NCBI GenBank assembly: GCA_963662265.2
Contig: CAXXHA010000036.1
Span: 14,247 to 38,246, forward strand
From: Spirochaetia bacterium
GTDB taxonomy: Bacteria; Spirochaetota; Spirochaetia; CADAEX01
Length of the DNA stretch: 24,000 nt
Direction: 5' to 3'
Part shown: piece by piece, positions 1 to 9,962 of the stretch
Position numbering within the stretch: position 1 is the stretch's first letter
How the letters are laid out: every line of letters begins with the position of its first letter
The notes under the pieces: model-generated
Told to the model about the DNA's origin: nothing
What the model saw: the letters and a program-made list of their open reading frames with translations, nothing else
The model's database searches: none
Program-made: the position numbers and the translations under genes

Positions 1-1
1 G

Positions 2-334
2 GTAAGGGGAGAGGTTAAGGAAAGTACTCTGAACCCCTCAATATTCCCCTCTGTATATTCAACTGATATGGAGGAGATTGTTTCAGCCGAAATGGTCAGC
101 CCTGATGTGCTTGTGAAATGGGGAACTGCGGCTTTTACAGATATTGATGATGACCCTGTGATCACCGAGAGAGCAGGGGACAACCCCCTTTATACAATGG
201 CAGAAGAAATATACGGAAGGAACAGGACAGATGTCATTATTCCTTCCGATGCGGCCGACCTTCTTTTCTACAAAAAACTCAATCAAGACCTGATCAGGGA
301 AGGCCGGTTTGTGATTATTACAGACCTGCCATAA
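2..334 (+). CDS. 3' end of an unidentified protein, open to the window start (partial)
   Basis: The listed ORF (68..334) stays open upstream to base 2 in the same frame (..VRGEVKESTLNPSIFPSVYSTDMEEI..). It ends ..VIITDLP* at 334. No family recognised. Confidence 0.6.
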   Translation, partial: VRGEVKESTLNPSIFPSVYSTDMEEIVSAEMVSPDVLVKWGTAAFTDIDDDPVITERAGDNPLYTMAEEIYGRNRTDVIIPSDAADLLFYKKLNQDLIREGRFVIITDLP

Positions 335-1544
335 TAAGAGCCATTATTACAGCATCCCCGGTAAGATTCTCCATTTTGCAGTATTCATTCGGCATATGGG
401 CAGTTTCATCTATTCTTGCCCAGACTGCAGCATCAATACCCGCATTTCTCAGGTAAGCTGCAACAGTCCCCCCCCCGATACCAATAAGCTGAGGTTCTGT
501 TTTGTAGACTTCCTTTATTTTTTCCTCAAGTTTTTTAACAAGCAGGCATTCTGCAGGTGTTGCTTTTGATTCTGTTCTCTGAACATGTTCATACCTGACT
601 TTTACTTTATATTTATGCTCTATTTCAGAAATAATTTTGTCTATTTCCGGGTATATCCTGTTCAGTCCTGTCGAAGGCAGTACTCTGCAGTCAAGGTAGA
701 AAACATCCTCTCCAGGCAGTGTGTTTATATTGGGGACATTTGCCTCTTTCTGTGTCGGGGTAATTGTGGAATAGGGGGGATCAAATATTGGATCATGATC
801 GTTGAGTATTTTTTCTATTTCCGAGAGCCTCACAACCATGTCGGATGCTGCTGTGAATGCATTGTTTCCCAGGTCAGGACGGGATGCATGGCACTGACGT
901 CCGGTTGTTGTGAATTTCAGCCATGCAATACTCTTTTCCGCTATTTCTATTGTTTTCCCATCAGGATCCCCGGAATCCGGAACAAGCACAAAATCCTCTT
1001 TATTGAAAAGATTGTGGTTTTCAAGAAGATATGTGATCCCATAGTCAGATCCCACCTCTTCGTCTGCTACAAAAAGCAGTTTAACTGTATGTTCAGGTAT
1101 AATATTATTTTTCATCAGTGAGAGAGCTGCAAAAACAGATGATGTGAGGCCCTGCTGGTTGTCTTCAACACCTCTTCCGTAAAGCTTTCCATCCTTATAT
1201 TCAACCTTGTAGGGATCAGTTTCCCAGAGTGAAATTTCCCCGGGAGGAACAACATCAAGATGAGCCATTATCCAGAAAGTTCTTTCAGATTTCTCACCGG
1301 GAATTGTCACTACAATATTCGGCCTTTCCCCGGATGTTACCCTCCTGTCAGGGGCATTGAAGCATTCGATATTTTCAAAACCCATTGATTTGAGCTGTTT
1401 AATCAGGGCTTCTGCTTTTAGAGATTCCCCGTCCCCTTCAGAATCAGGTGAAATTGCAGGGAAAGATGTAAGAAGTGTCTGGAATTCAACAATCTCATTT
1501 TCCCTTTCCTTTATATAAGATTCAATTATTTCTTTTTTATCCAT
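318..1544 (-). CDS. M20-family metallopeptidase / dipeptidase-like (ArgE/DapE/Sapep type)
   Basis: 408 aa. Metal-site style motifs WIMAHLDVVPPGE, VADEEVGSDYG, LVPDSGDPDG, GRQCHASRP and C-terminal DETAHMPNEY. A purine-rich ribosome binding site (aaggag on the minus strand) lies upstream of the ATG. Confidence 0.88.
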   Translation of the reverse strand: MDKKEIIESYIKERENEIVEFQTLLTSFPAISPDSEGDGESLKAEALIKQLKSMGFENIECFNAPDRRVTSGERPNIVVTIPGEKSERTFWIMAHLDVVPPGEISLWETDPYKVEYKDGKLYGRGVEDNQQGLTSSVFAALSLMKNNIIPEHTVKLLFVADEEVGSDYGITYLLENHNLFNKEDFVLVPDSGDPDGKTIEIAEKSIAWLKFTTTGRQCHASRPDLGNNAFTAASDMVVRLSEIEKILNDHDPIFDPPYSTITPTQKEANVPNINTLPGEDVFYLDCRVLPSTGLNRIYPEIDKIISEIEHKYKVKVRYEHVQRTESKATPAECLLVKKLEEKIKEVYKTEPQLIGIGGGTVAAYLRNAGIDAAVWARIDETAHMPNEYCKMENLTGDAVIMALIMAGL

Positions 1545-1805
1545 TATTAAAACTCCTTAATTTAGCTTTCGGAAAACTCCATGATTATCAGGTAAAACCT
1601 TGTTTCCTTCCGATTTCACTGCTGTCCCGTGGACATTCATTGTAATCTAAGTTTTCACAGAATCAGGCCAATAACGTAAAGTTTTTGTTTTCCATTTCTG
1701 AAAAATACCCGGTGCATAAAAATAGGTTTTTTAAGATGCCCTGTAATCATTGATTTATAACTTCTTTTTGTGCAATATTATACACATAATTCCCGGAGGT
1801 TTAAA

Positions 1806-3221
1806 TTGAAATCAAGGTTCAAACTGATATTACTGATATTATTTATTGTTATTTTAGCTGTTTCCTGTTCCGGAAAACGGAAAGGGTATGTTGTTATGCT
1901 CTGGCCTCCGGAAGATGTAAAAGCTGAGACAGCTGAAGTTGTCAGAGTTATTTCACTTTCAGATATACGTGATGTCTATGTTATAGAGAAAAAAGAAGAT
2001 AAATACCGGGCAGAAATTCCCAAGTCATCAGGACGTTTTTTCAGGAAGAAAAAAGAAGCTGAAAATTTTGCCGCTGAATTTGAGGAATTTAAAAATACAT
2101 TCGGCTATTCGGAGAAGAGTATCCCGGTAAGGGCTGAACCTGATACTTCATCTGCAAGGGTTTATAAACTCAGGCCCAGCCAGATGATTAAAATCATTGA
2201 AAAAGGTGAAAAGGCGGTAGCTGTCGGCAATCTTACAGGATTCTGGTACAGGGTCCTGACTGATGATGGTTATGAAGGTTACTGCTTTGACAAGTATCTT
2301 AAATTCTTCGAAATGGACAGCGAAAACCTTGCCAGAAACAGCGAAAAGGACTGGCTCAACGATCTTTTCAACAATAAATGGTATCCTGCCAGGTTCAGGG
2401 AAATTATTGACAGCGGAAGAATAATTATCAGTCAGATAAAGACAGGCGAGGGACTTTTTACAGATCCTGAAAAGAAACAGTTTGTTATCCAGACTGAAGA
2501 TGACAGAATAGAGTTTTACTACGAGGAAATTACCAGGATAGATGAGAGGAGATATTTCTTTGAAGGTACACCTGTTGAGATCAATTTTTATCCCAACAAT
2601 TCTGTAAATGTTAAATTTGTATATAACGGAATTGATTACAGCAGTTTTTATACACTCCTTGATTTATCTATTGATGAATATGTGAATACTGAAATTGCAA
2701 GAAGAGATAGTGTTTACAGCGAACTTTATGAAAAGGGCGGGTATCTTTCGAGTGATCTTTACGGATCTATTGCACTTAAAGATAACAGGAAATTCATCTG
2801 GACAGGGTATGTTAACCTTGTTCCTGATATCATCCCTTTCGGATACGGTATTACAGGGCATGTGGAAAATCATTATTATCTCTCAGGCCGCCTTGCCAGA
2901 AGCTACAACGGGATACTCAGTTTCGTGTTTGACAGGAATTCCGAAGAGGTTAATTTTGTTTACTACATGACTGATGAAGAGGGACTCGAGCTTATATACC
3001 TTCCAAAGTCGTTTATTGAAGATGATCTTGTGGATGAGCTTCCGGAAGCCAAGGAAATCTATTATTTCAGGCAGGGGATGACTCTTGAGGAGAGTCAGGG
3101 AATAGAGAAGTTTGATGAAGCTGCAGGAGAGGATGCGGGGATGGATGATGAAATTGAAATACAGCCGGTTCTGCCTGGGACTTCCTCATCTGAGACTTCT
3201 GGTTCGGGAACGGAGTTTTAA
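1806..3221 (+). CDS. Lipoprotein with SH3-like domain, function unknown
   Basis: The ORF track starts at 1770, but ggaggttta immediately precedes an in-frame TTG at 1806 (LKSRFKLILLILFIVILAVSC). That gives a signal peptide plus lipobox-like LAVSC. SH3-like segment: VRAEPDTSSARVYKLRPSQMIKIIEKGEKAVAVG..GFWYRVLTDDGYEGYCFDKYL. Confidence 0.8.
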   Translation: MKSRFKLILLILFIVILAVSCSGKRKGYVVMLWPPEDVKAETAEVVRVISLSDIRDVYVIEKKEDKYRAEIPKSSGRFFRKKKEAENFAAEFEEFKNTFGYSEKSIPVRAEPDTSSARVYKLRPSQMIKIIEKGEKAVAVGNLTGFWYRVLTDDGYEGYCFDKYLKFFEMDSENLARNSEKDWLNDLFNNKWYPARFREIIDSGRIIISQIKTGEGLFTDPEKKQFVIQTEDDRIEFYYEEITRIDERRYFFEGTPVEINFYPNNSVNVKFVYNGIDYSSFYTLLDLSIDEYVNTEIARRDSVYSELYEKGGYLSSDLYGSIALKDNRKFIWTGYVNLVPDIIPFGYGITGHVENHYYLSGRLARSYNGILSFVFDRNSEEVNFVYYMTDEEGLELIYLPKSFIEDDLVDELPEAKEIYYFRQGMTLEESQGIEKFDEAAGEDAGMDDEIEIQPVLPGTSSSETSGSGTEF

Positions 3222-5164
3222 TGGCTTTTCTTCATCTTGCAGGCGTTTCAACCGCTTTCGGCGACAGGGATATTCTTAAAAATATAAATCTCAACATATC
3301 AGACAGTTCCAGAATTGCTCTTTCAGGGGCAAACGGCAGCGGGAAATCAACGCTGCTTAAAATTGCCGCAGGCATAACAAAACCGGATTCAGGTACAGTA
3401 TCTCAGCAGCGTGGGAGCCGTGTTTCATACCTTCCCCAGTCGGGGCTGACATATTCCGGCGCTTCTCTTTACGCGGAAGCTGAAAAAGCGTTTTCAATAT
3501 TTGATTCAGTACTTGAAAGGATATCAGCGCTTGAAAAAGAGCTTGCTTCTGTGACTGATGATTCTGAGAATACACGCAGCAGTATTGAGGAGCACCATCA
3601 TCTCCAGGAGAAACTCCTTTCAAGCGGATATTATGAGAGGGACAGGGAGATATACAAGATTCTTAACGGTCTGGGTTTTTCCGAAAATGATTTAACCCGA
3701 ATGACTGATGAGTTTTCCGGCGGATGGCAGATGAGGATTGCACTTGCCAGGGTTCTGCTTGAAAAACCTGATATCCTGTTTCTTGATGAGCCTACAAACT
3801 ACCTCGATATTGAGGCCAGGTACTGGCTTGAGGATTTTATTTCCAGCTACCCCGGCGGTGTTGTTATAGTCTCTCATGACCGGTTTTTTCTCGATTCAAC
3901 AGTAAATGAAATTATTGAGCTGTTTAACGGAGATCTCAAGAAATACAGAGGTAATTATTCAGATTATGAAAAACTGCGCTCCCAGGAACTTGAAGAGCTT
4001 GTAAAGAGGTACAGGCAGCAGGAAGAGGAAATTGCCAAAGTTGAATACTTTATCCGCAAATTCCGTTTCAATGCATCAAAAGCATCTCTTGTCCAGAGCA
4101 GGGTCAAGTATCTTGAGACAATAGACAGGATTGAAATTCCTGAAAGCCTTAAAAAAATACATTTTACTTTTCCATCGCCTCCCCATTCAGGTAAAGAGGT
4201 CCTCATGATTGATGATCTTTCAAAGTCTTACGGGGAACTTAAAGTTCTTGATAGAGTAAGCCTTAATATCAGGAAGGGGGAAAAGGTAGTTTTTGCAGGT
4301 AAAAACGGCGCAGGAAAGACTACACTTCTGAAAATAGTTTCAGCTCATGATGATGATTATGAAGGTGATGTAAGGACAGGAACAGATGTAAGGCGGGGAT
4401 ATTTTTCCCAGGATTTTGAATCAACCCTGTCTGATGAGAACAATGTTCTTGAAGAGATAGAATCCTCTTCTCCAACAGAAATGATTCCCCAGCTCCGGAA
4501 CCTTCTTGGGGCTTTTCTCTTCAGGGGGGATGATATATTCAAGAAAGTCTCTGTTCTTTCAGGGGGGGAGAAAAACAGGGTGGCTCTTCTTAAGCTTCTT
4601 CTGAAGCCTGTGAACCTCCTGATTCTTGATGAGCCGACAAACCATCTTGATATCAATTCAAAGGATATCCTTCTCGAAGCTCTTCAGAGTTATTCAGGAA
4701 CACTCCTGTTTGTTTCTCATGACAGATATTTCATTGAGAACCTTGCAACCCGGGTCATAGAGATTTCAGACGGCGGAATCAGGGATTTTCCCGGTGATTA
4801 TGAATATTACCTGTGGCGAAAGGCTGAAGGTGAAAAAACTGATTCTGCTTCAGGTGATTCAGAGCAGGGCATACAGATGGAAGAAAAGGTTGTATCTTCT
4901 GTTAAACTGGACCGTGAGCAGTCAAAGGCGCTCAAGAGGGAAAGAAAAAAACTGGAGAAAAAATCAGAACAACTGCTTCATCAGCTTGAAGAACTTGAAA
5001 CAGAAGCATCAGAACTGGAACATGATATGAGCCAGAGGGAAAATTATTCAGACGGGGAAAAAATCAGGAAAATCAAGGAAAAACTCGACAGGAATAAGGA
5101 AAAGCAGCATGAAATCTCTCTTGAGTGGGAAGAAACCGAAACCGCCCTTTCTGAACTGGATTAA
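3221..5164 (+). CDS. ABC-F family ATP-binding protein (duplicated ATPase, ribosome-associated type)
   Basis: Two ABC ATPase cassettes: Walker A GANGSGKST and GKNGAGKTT, signatures FSGGWQMRIALARVLL and LSGGEKNRVALLKLLL, Walker B ILFLDEPTNYLD and LLILDEPTNHLD, plus a C-terminal coiled coil. No transmembrane domain. The ATG overlaps the preceding stop (TAATG). Confidence 0.95.
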   Translation: MAFLHLAGVSTAFGDRDILKNINLNISDSSRIALSGANGSGKSTLLKIAAGITKPDSGTVSQQRGSRVSYLPQSGLTYSGASLYAEAEKAFSIFDSVLERISALEKELASVTDDSENTRSSIEEHHHLQEKLLSSGYYERDREIYKILNGLGFSENDLTRMTDEFSGGWQMRIALARVLLEKPDILFLDEPTNYLDIEARYWLEDFISSYPGGVVIVSHDRFFLDSTVNEIIELFNGDLKKYRGNYSDYEKLRSQELEELVKRYRQQEEEIAKVEYFIRKFRFNASKASLVQSRVKYLETIDRIEIPESLKKIHFTFPSPPHSGKEVLMIDDLSKSYGELKVLDRVSLNIRKGEKVVFAGKNGAGKTTLLKIVSAHDDDYEGDVRTGTDVRRGYFSQDFESTLSDENNVLEEIESSSPTEMIPQLRNLLGAFLFRGDDIFKKVSVLSGGEKNRVALLKLLLKPVNLLILDEPTNHLDINSKDILLEALQSYSGTLLFVSHDRYFIENLATRVIEISDGGIRDFPGDYEYYLWRKAEGEKTDSASGDSEQGIQMEEKVVSSVKLDREQSKALKRERKKLEKKSEQLLHQLEELETEASELEHDMSQRENYSDGEKIRKIKEKLDRNKEKQHEISLEWEETETALSELD

Positions 5165-5331
5165 AATTTTCTGCAATTTCAGGCAGGCATATTAAATAAT
5201 GAAGGTGGGGATTGGACCTTCAGCACTTGAGCGGGATAGATCCTGATATTATTGCATGCAGCTTAAAATATCCTGCTGAAGCTTTATATAAAAATATTTA
5301 TTTTCTGAACTGTATTAAAAAAGGGAAAACT

Positions 5332-5925
5332 ATGAAGTTGAAAATCAAGTACAATGCACCTGTTACACTCTCTTTTGCTCTGCTTTCCGCTCTTGTTCTG
5401 TTTATTGATCCTGTATTCGGCAGGAAGATAACAATGCTGTGGTTTTCTGTTCCCGGCTGGGGAGCAATGAATTTCTCAGATCCTTTTCAGTATATAAGGC
5501 TTTTTACCCATGCGGCAGGCCATGCAAACTGGAATCATCTGGTGAGCAACTTTACCTTTATCCTTCTGCTCGGTCCCATACTTGAAGAAAAATACAGAAA
5601 ATTCCCGTTTCTGATGATGATACTTATTACTGCTGCTGTTACAGGTCTTGTTAACCTGTTTCTTTCTCCATATCCGCTTCTCGGAGCCAGCGGTGTTGTA
5701 TTCATGATGATAATACTTATCTCAATTACAAATATAAAAGAGGGTGAAATACCCCTCACCTTTATTCTGATTGTTGTGCTGTTTCTCCTCAAGGAATTTG
5801 TTTATTCGCCTGAAGACGGCATATCCCAGGCTGCCCACATAGCAGGGGGAATATGCGGGAGTTTTTTCGGATTTTTCAGCAGGAAGAATAACGGGAAAGA
5901 AAATCTCTCTCCTGATAATGAATAA
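5332..5925 (+). CDS. Rhomboid-family intramembrane serine protease
   Basis: Multiple TM segments, FTHAAGHANWNHLVSNFTFILLLGP, catalytic-type LLGASGVVF and AAHIAGGICG. The track ORF begins at 5212, but ATG 5332 has a purine-rich RBS (aaaaaagggaaaact) and starts directly before TM1. Confidence 0.88.
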   Translation: MKLKIKYNAPVTLSFALLSALVLFIDPVFGRKITMLWFSVPGWGAMNFSDPFQYIRLFTHAAGHANWNHLVSNFTFILLLGPILEEKYRKFPFLMMILITAAVTGLVNLFLSPYPLLGASGVVFMMIILISITNIKEGEIPLTFILIVVLFLLKEFVYSPEDGISQAAHIAGGICGSFFGFFSRKNNGKENLSPDNE

Positions 5926-6373
5926 GTTATTATTTATTAAAAAATATTAAGTCTTTATTTATTTTTGCACTATATCATACATAAATTAACAGTAAAATAC
6001 GTAAATTATGTGTTATTATACAAAAATATATATAAAAATGTATCAAAATTATTCAAAAGTGTTGGATTGAAATATTCTTGATAAGAAAATGTATTGTATT
6101 TATTAAAAAATAAGCAGTTGTTTTGTATAAGTATATAAAAATGTATTAAAACCATAGAAAAATCAAAAGGTGTATGAAAAAAAACATTGAAAAAAGCTCT
6201 TTTTTGATCTTTTCCTCTATAAATTATATTTATTTAAATTATTTTTCTGATAAAATGTGCTCATTCTTGGACAATAAAAGCTGAAAACAGGCTTGTTTAT
6301 GTTGTCTGTAAGGCATAATCAATACGAAAGAGTATAAAATCGGCCTTACGGCTTCAGCTGCAGGAGAATTTAC

Positions 6374-9300
6374 ATGGCAATCAGAAAAATTAACAAAATC
6401 ATGTCTGCTAACAGGGGAGAAATAGCAATCAGGACCTTCAGGGCCTGTATGGAACTGGGGATAAAAACTGTGGCTATTTATTCGAAAGAAGACAGACTTT
6501 CGCTGTACAGAACGAAAGCTGATGAAGCATATAGAGTAGGTAAGGGCAAAAGCCCGATAGATGCATATCTCGGAATTGATGAGATTATTGATCTTGCAAA
6601 GAGAAAAGGGGTTGATGCGATTCATCCGGGTTACGGATTTTTATCTGAAAACCCTGAGTTTTCTGAAAAATGTGAAAAAGAAGGTATTATTTTTATCGGC
6701 CCGACTGCAGTGCAGCAGAGAACTCTCGGGGATAAGGTTTCGGCAAGGGCAGCAGCAATTGCTGCAGGAGTACCTGTAGTGCCGGGAACAGACGATCCTG
6801 TGAAATCAGAGGAAGAAGCTTTTAAGTTTGCAAAGGAAGCAGGATACCCCATTATAATAAAGGCAGCTGCAGGCGGCGGCGGCCGGGGAATGAGGGTTGC
6901 CAACAACCACAAGGAACTTGTTGAAGGGCTTCACAGCGCTGCAAGCGAGGCAAAGGCTGCTTTCGGCGATGATACAGTATTCCTTGAAAAATACCTTAAA
7001 AATCCTAAACATATAGAGATACAGATAATCGGTGATACACACGGAAATATTGTCCATTTCTTTGAAAGGGACTGTTCCATACAGAGAAGACACCAGAAGG
7101 TTGTCGAATTTGCGCCTTCACTTGCTATTTCTGATGAACTCAGGCAGGAACTCTGTGATAATGCAATCAAGATTGCAAAGCAGGTTAACTACAGAAATGC
7201 GGGAACTGTAGAGTTTCTCGTAGACCAGAACGGCGGATACTATTTCATTGAAATGAATCCAAGGCTCCAGGTTGAACATACAGTTACTGAGCTTATTACT
7301 GGACGGGACCTTGTCCAGACTCAGATCAGGGTTGCTGAAGGGTATAAACTTTCCGATCCTGAAATAAATATACCTGACCAGAAAAGTATCAAGAAGAGCG
7401 GTTACGCTATCCAGTGCAGAATTACAACTGAGGATCCCCAGAATAATTTTGCCCCTGACTTCGGAACACTCAAGGCATACAGGTCGCCTGCTGGTTTCGG
7501 CGTAAGACTTGATGCGGGAAATGCTTTTACAGGCGCAAGAATAACATCTTCATATGACTCACTCCTCGTGAAGCTGAGCGGATGGGGGCTTTCTTTCGAG
7601 CATGCTGCCATGGTAATGAAGAGATCGCTTGTAGAGTTCAGGATCAGGGGTGTAAAAACCAATATCCCTTTCCTCCAGAATGTAGTTTCACATCCTGTTT
7701 TTCTTGCAGGGCAGTGTGATACCTCATTTATAGGTGATAATCCCGAACTTATGGAATTCAGGGAAAACAAGGACAGGGCTACAAAGATTCTCGATTATAT
7801 AGGCGACAGGGTAATAAACGGGACTGAAGGGATTGAAAAACCCAGGGGATCACTTATCTTCCCTGAAGCTGATGTTCCTGAAATCAGGCTCAGCGCGGAA
7901 AGAAAAGAGGGAACCCGGGATATATTCAAAAAGCTAGGCCCTGAAAAATTCTCGGATTGGATACTGGATCAGAAAAAACTTCTTGTTACAGATACAACAA
8001 TGCGGGATGCTCACCAGTCTCTCCTTGCAACAAGAATTAGAACATATGATATTCTCCAGATTGCAGAAGCTACATCTCATCTTGCATCAGACATGTTTTC
8101 ATTTGAAATGTGGGGCGGTGCTACATTTGATGTATCAATGAGATTCCTTAAAGAGTGCCCGTGGCAGAGACTTCACAAACTCAGGGAAAATATTCCCAAT
8201 GTCCTATTCCAGATGCTGCTCAGGGCTTCAAATGCTGTAGGCTATACAAACTACCCTGACAATGTTGTTCAGGAATTTGTCAGGGAAGCTGCTGATTCAG
8301 GCATAGACCTCTTCAGAATCTTCGACTCCCTCAACTGGACAAAGGGAATGGCTGTTGCAATGGATGCTGTCAGAAGCAACGGCAAGCTCTGCGAAGCTTC
8401 TATCTGCTATACAGGTGACATAACAGACCCTAAAAGGGATAAGTACCCGCTTGAATACTATGTAAACCTCGGCAGGGAGCTTGAAAACATGGGCGCCAAT
8501 ATACTTGCAATCAAGGATATGGCAGGTCTCCTGAAGCCTTTTGCCGCAACAAAACTTATCAGGGCGCTAAAGGATGAGGTTGGTATTCCTGTACATCTCC
8601 ATACTCATGATACATCAAGCAACGGAGGGGCAACCCTGTTGAGAGCAGCGGAGGCAGGTGTTGATATTGTCGATGCATCACTCTCATCAATCTCAGGTCT
8701 TACCGCGCAGCCCAACCTTAATGCGCTGAATGCGGCTCTTGAAGGTACAGATAGGGATCCTCATCTTGATTCTGTCGGAATACAGAAGCTTGCAAACTAC
8801 TGGGAAACAGTAAGAAGCTACTACAAACCTTTTGAAACAGATTTAAAGAGCGGAACTGCTGAAGTTTACTATCATGAGATTCCTGGCGGGCAGTATTCAA
8901 ACTACAAGCCGCGTGTTGCAGGTGTCGGCCTTCTCGATAAGTGGGAAGAGTGCAAGAAAATGTATCATGATGTAAACGAGGCATTCGGCGATATAATCAA
9001 GGTCACACCTTCTTCAAAGATAGTTGCAGACCTTGCAATATTCCTTGTTCAGAATGAAGTTGCGATTGAGGATTTAATTGAAAAAGCACCTGATCTTGCA
9101 TTTCCGCAGTCAGTTGTAGATTTCTTCAAAGGTATGATAGGTCAGCCTTACCTGGGATTTCCTGCAGAACTTCAGAAAGCAATTCTGAAAGGTGAGGAAG
9201 CAATCACCTGCAGGCCCGGAGAGCTGCTTGAGCCTTTTGATTTTGAAAAGGAAAGAAAGGATCTTGAGGAAAAACTGGGACATGAAGTGGATGACAAGGA

Positions 9301-9820
9301 GCTTCTTTCCTATGCTCTCTATCCGAATGTGTATCTTGATTATGATAAACACAGGACACAGTATTCAGATACTTCTGTTATTCCTACACCTACATACTTT
9401 TACGGTCTTGAACCGGGAGATGAGGTTTCTGTTGATATAGATACCGGAAAGACTCTTATTATCAAGCTTGTTGCTGTGGGAAGTGTTCACCATGACGGAA
9501 CACGGCATCTCTACTTCGAACTCAATGGTCTTTCAAGGCAGGTTACTGTAAGGGACAATACTGTTGAAGGTGATTTTGCAGTAAGGGAAAAAGCTGACAA
9601 GTTTAACAAACACCATGTAGGGGCACCAATGCCGGGCAAGGTATTTAAAGTGCTTGTCAAACCGGGCGATGATGTTGATTCAGGCGATGTGCTTGTTGTA
9701 ACAGAAGCAATGAAGATGGAAACAAATATCAAGGCTTCGATTGCCGGAAAGGTTAAGGAAGTTCTGTTTGATATTGGAGACCAGGTGGAAAAAGATGACC
9801 TCCTTTTGGAGCTTGAATAG
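6374..9820 (+). CDS. pyc: Pyruvate carboxylase (single-chain, biotin carboxylase + carboxyltransferase + BCCP)
   Basis: 1148 aa. Biotin carboxylase domain (KIMSANRGEIAIRTFRACMELG, KAAAGGGGRGMR, FIEMNPRLQVEHTVTE), carboxyltransferase domain (DTTMRDAHQSLLATRIRT, FEMWGGATFDVSMRFLKECPW, HLHTHDTSSNG), and C-terminal biotinyl motif EAMKMETNI. ATG is preceded by ctgcaggagaattta. Confidence 0.97.
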   Translation: MAIRKINKIMSANRGEIAIRTFRACMELGIKTVAIYSKEDRLSLYRTKADEAYRVGKGKSPIDAYLGIDEIIDLAKRKGVDAIHPGYGFLSENPEFSEKCEKEGIIFIGPTAVQQRTLGDKVSARAAAIAAGVPVVPGTDDPVKSEEEAFKFAKEAGYPIIIKAAAGGGGRGMRVANNHKELVEGLHSAASEAKAAFGDDTVFLEKYLKNPKHIEIQIIGDTHGNIVHFFERDCSIQRRHQKVVEFAPSLAISDELRQELCDNAIKIAKQVNYRNAGTVEFLVDQNGGYYFIEMNPRLQVEHTVTELITGRDLVQTQIRVAEGYKLSDPEINIPDQKSIKKSGYAIQCRITTEDPQNNFAPDFGTLKAYRSPAGFGVRLDAGNAFTGARITSSYDSLLVKLSGWGLSFEHAAMVMKRSLVEFRIRGVKTNIPFLQNVVSHPVFLAGQCDTSFIGDNPELMEFRENKDRATKILDYIGDRVINGTEGIEKPRGSLIFPEADVPEIRLSAERKEGTRDIFKKLGPEKFSDWILDQKKLLVTDTTMRDAHQSLLATRIRTYDILQIAEATSHLASDMFSFEMWGGATFDVSMRFLKECPWQRLHKLRENIPNVLFQMLLRASNAVGYTNYPDNVVQEFVREAADSGIDLFRIFDSLNWTKGMAVAMDAVRSNGKLCEASICYTGDITDPKRDKYPLEYYVNLGRELENMGANILAIKDMAGLLKPFAATKLIRALKDEVGIPVHLHTHDTSSNGGATLLRAAEAGVDIVDASLSSISGLTAQPNLNALNAALEGTDRDPHLDSVGIQKLANYWETVRSYYKPFETDLKSGTAEVYYHEIPGGQYSNYKPRVAGVGLLDKWEECKKMYHDVNEAFGDIIKVTPSSKIVADLAIFLVQNEVAIEDLIEKAPDLAFPQSVVDFFKGMIGQPYLGFPAELQKAILKGEEAITCRPGELLEPFDFEKERKDLEEKLGHEVDDKELLSYALYPNVYLDYDKHRTQYSDTSVIPTPTYFYGLEPGDEVSVDIDTGKTLIIKLVAVGSVHHDGTRHLYFELNGLSRQVTVRDNTVEGDFAVREKADKFNKHHVGAPMPGKVFKVLVKPGDDVDSGDVLVVTEAMKMETNIKASIAGKVKEVLFDIGDQVEKDDLLLELE

Positions 9821-9847
9821 GCTTTTCTGAATATTTTCAATTTTGCT

Positions 9848-9892
9848 GGCAGAACAGACAGTGTGGGGATAATGTCTGTTCTGCCTCTTTTT
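9848..9892 (+). terminator. Rho-independent terminator downstream of pyc
   Basis: Perfect 13-bp stem GGCAGAACAGACA (9848-9860) / TGTCTGTTCTGCC (9873-9885), 12-nt loop, followed by TCTTTTTTTAT. The T-tract is on the + strand only. Confidence 0.9.
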
Positions 9893-9962
9893 TTATCAAG
9901 GCGTATTCGCAGAAAATCAGCCAGCCTTGCTTTGAGTCTTAGCTGTATCAGATGCTTAATAT

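Noticed and set aside
585-1121. 178-aa plus-strand ORF
   Set aside because: Entirely antisense to the well-supported M20 peptidase. Cys/Phe-rich, low-plausibility composition with no recognisable motif.
4357-4656. 99-aa minus-strand ORF, along with other ORFs inside ABC-F, pyc and the hybrid kinases (e.g. 7402-7770 -, 11686-12060 +, 19779-20123 -)
   Set aside because: Shadow ORFs opposite strong coding regions, with biased Ser/Arg composition and no homology-like motifs.
5212-5331. 40-aa N-terminal extension of the rhomboid protein
   Set aside because: Starts at TTG with no hydrophobic or conserved content. ATG 5332 has a better RBS and precedes TM1 directly.
6239-6625. 128-aa minus-strand ORF spanning the pyc upstream region
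   Set aside because: Mostly antisense to the pyc N-terminus, with no recognisable domain. The upstream region looks non-coding.
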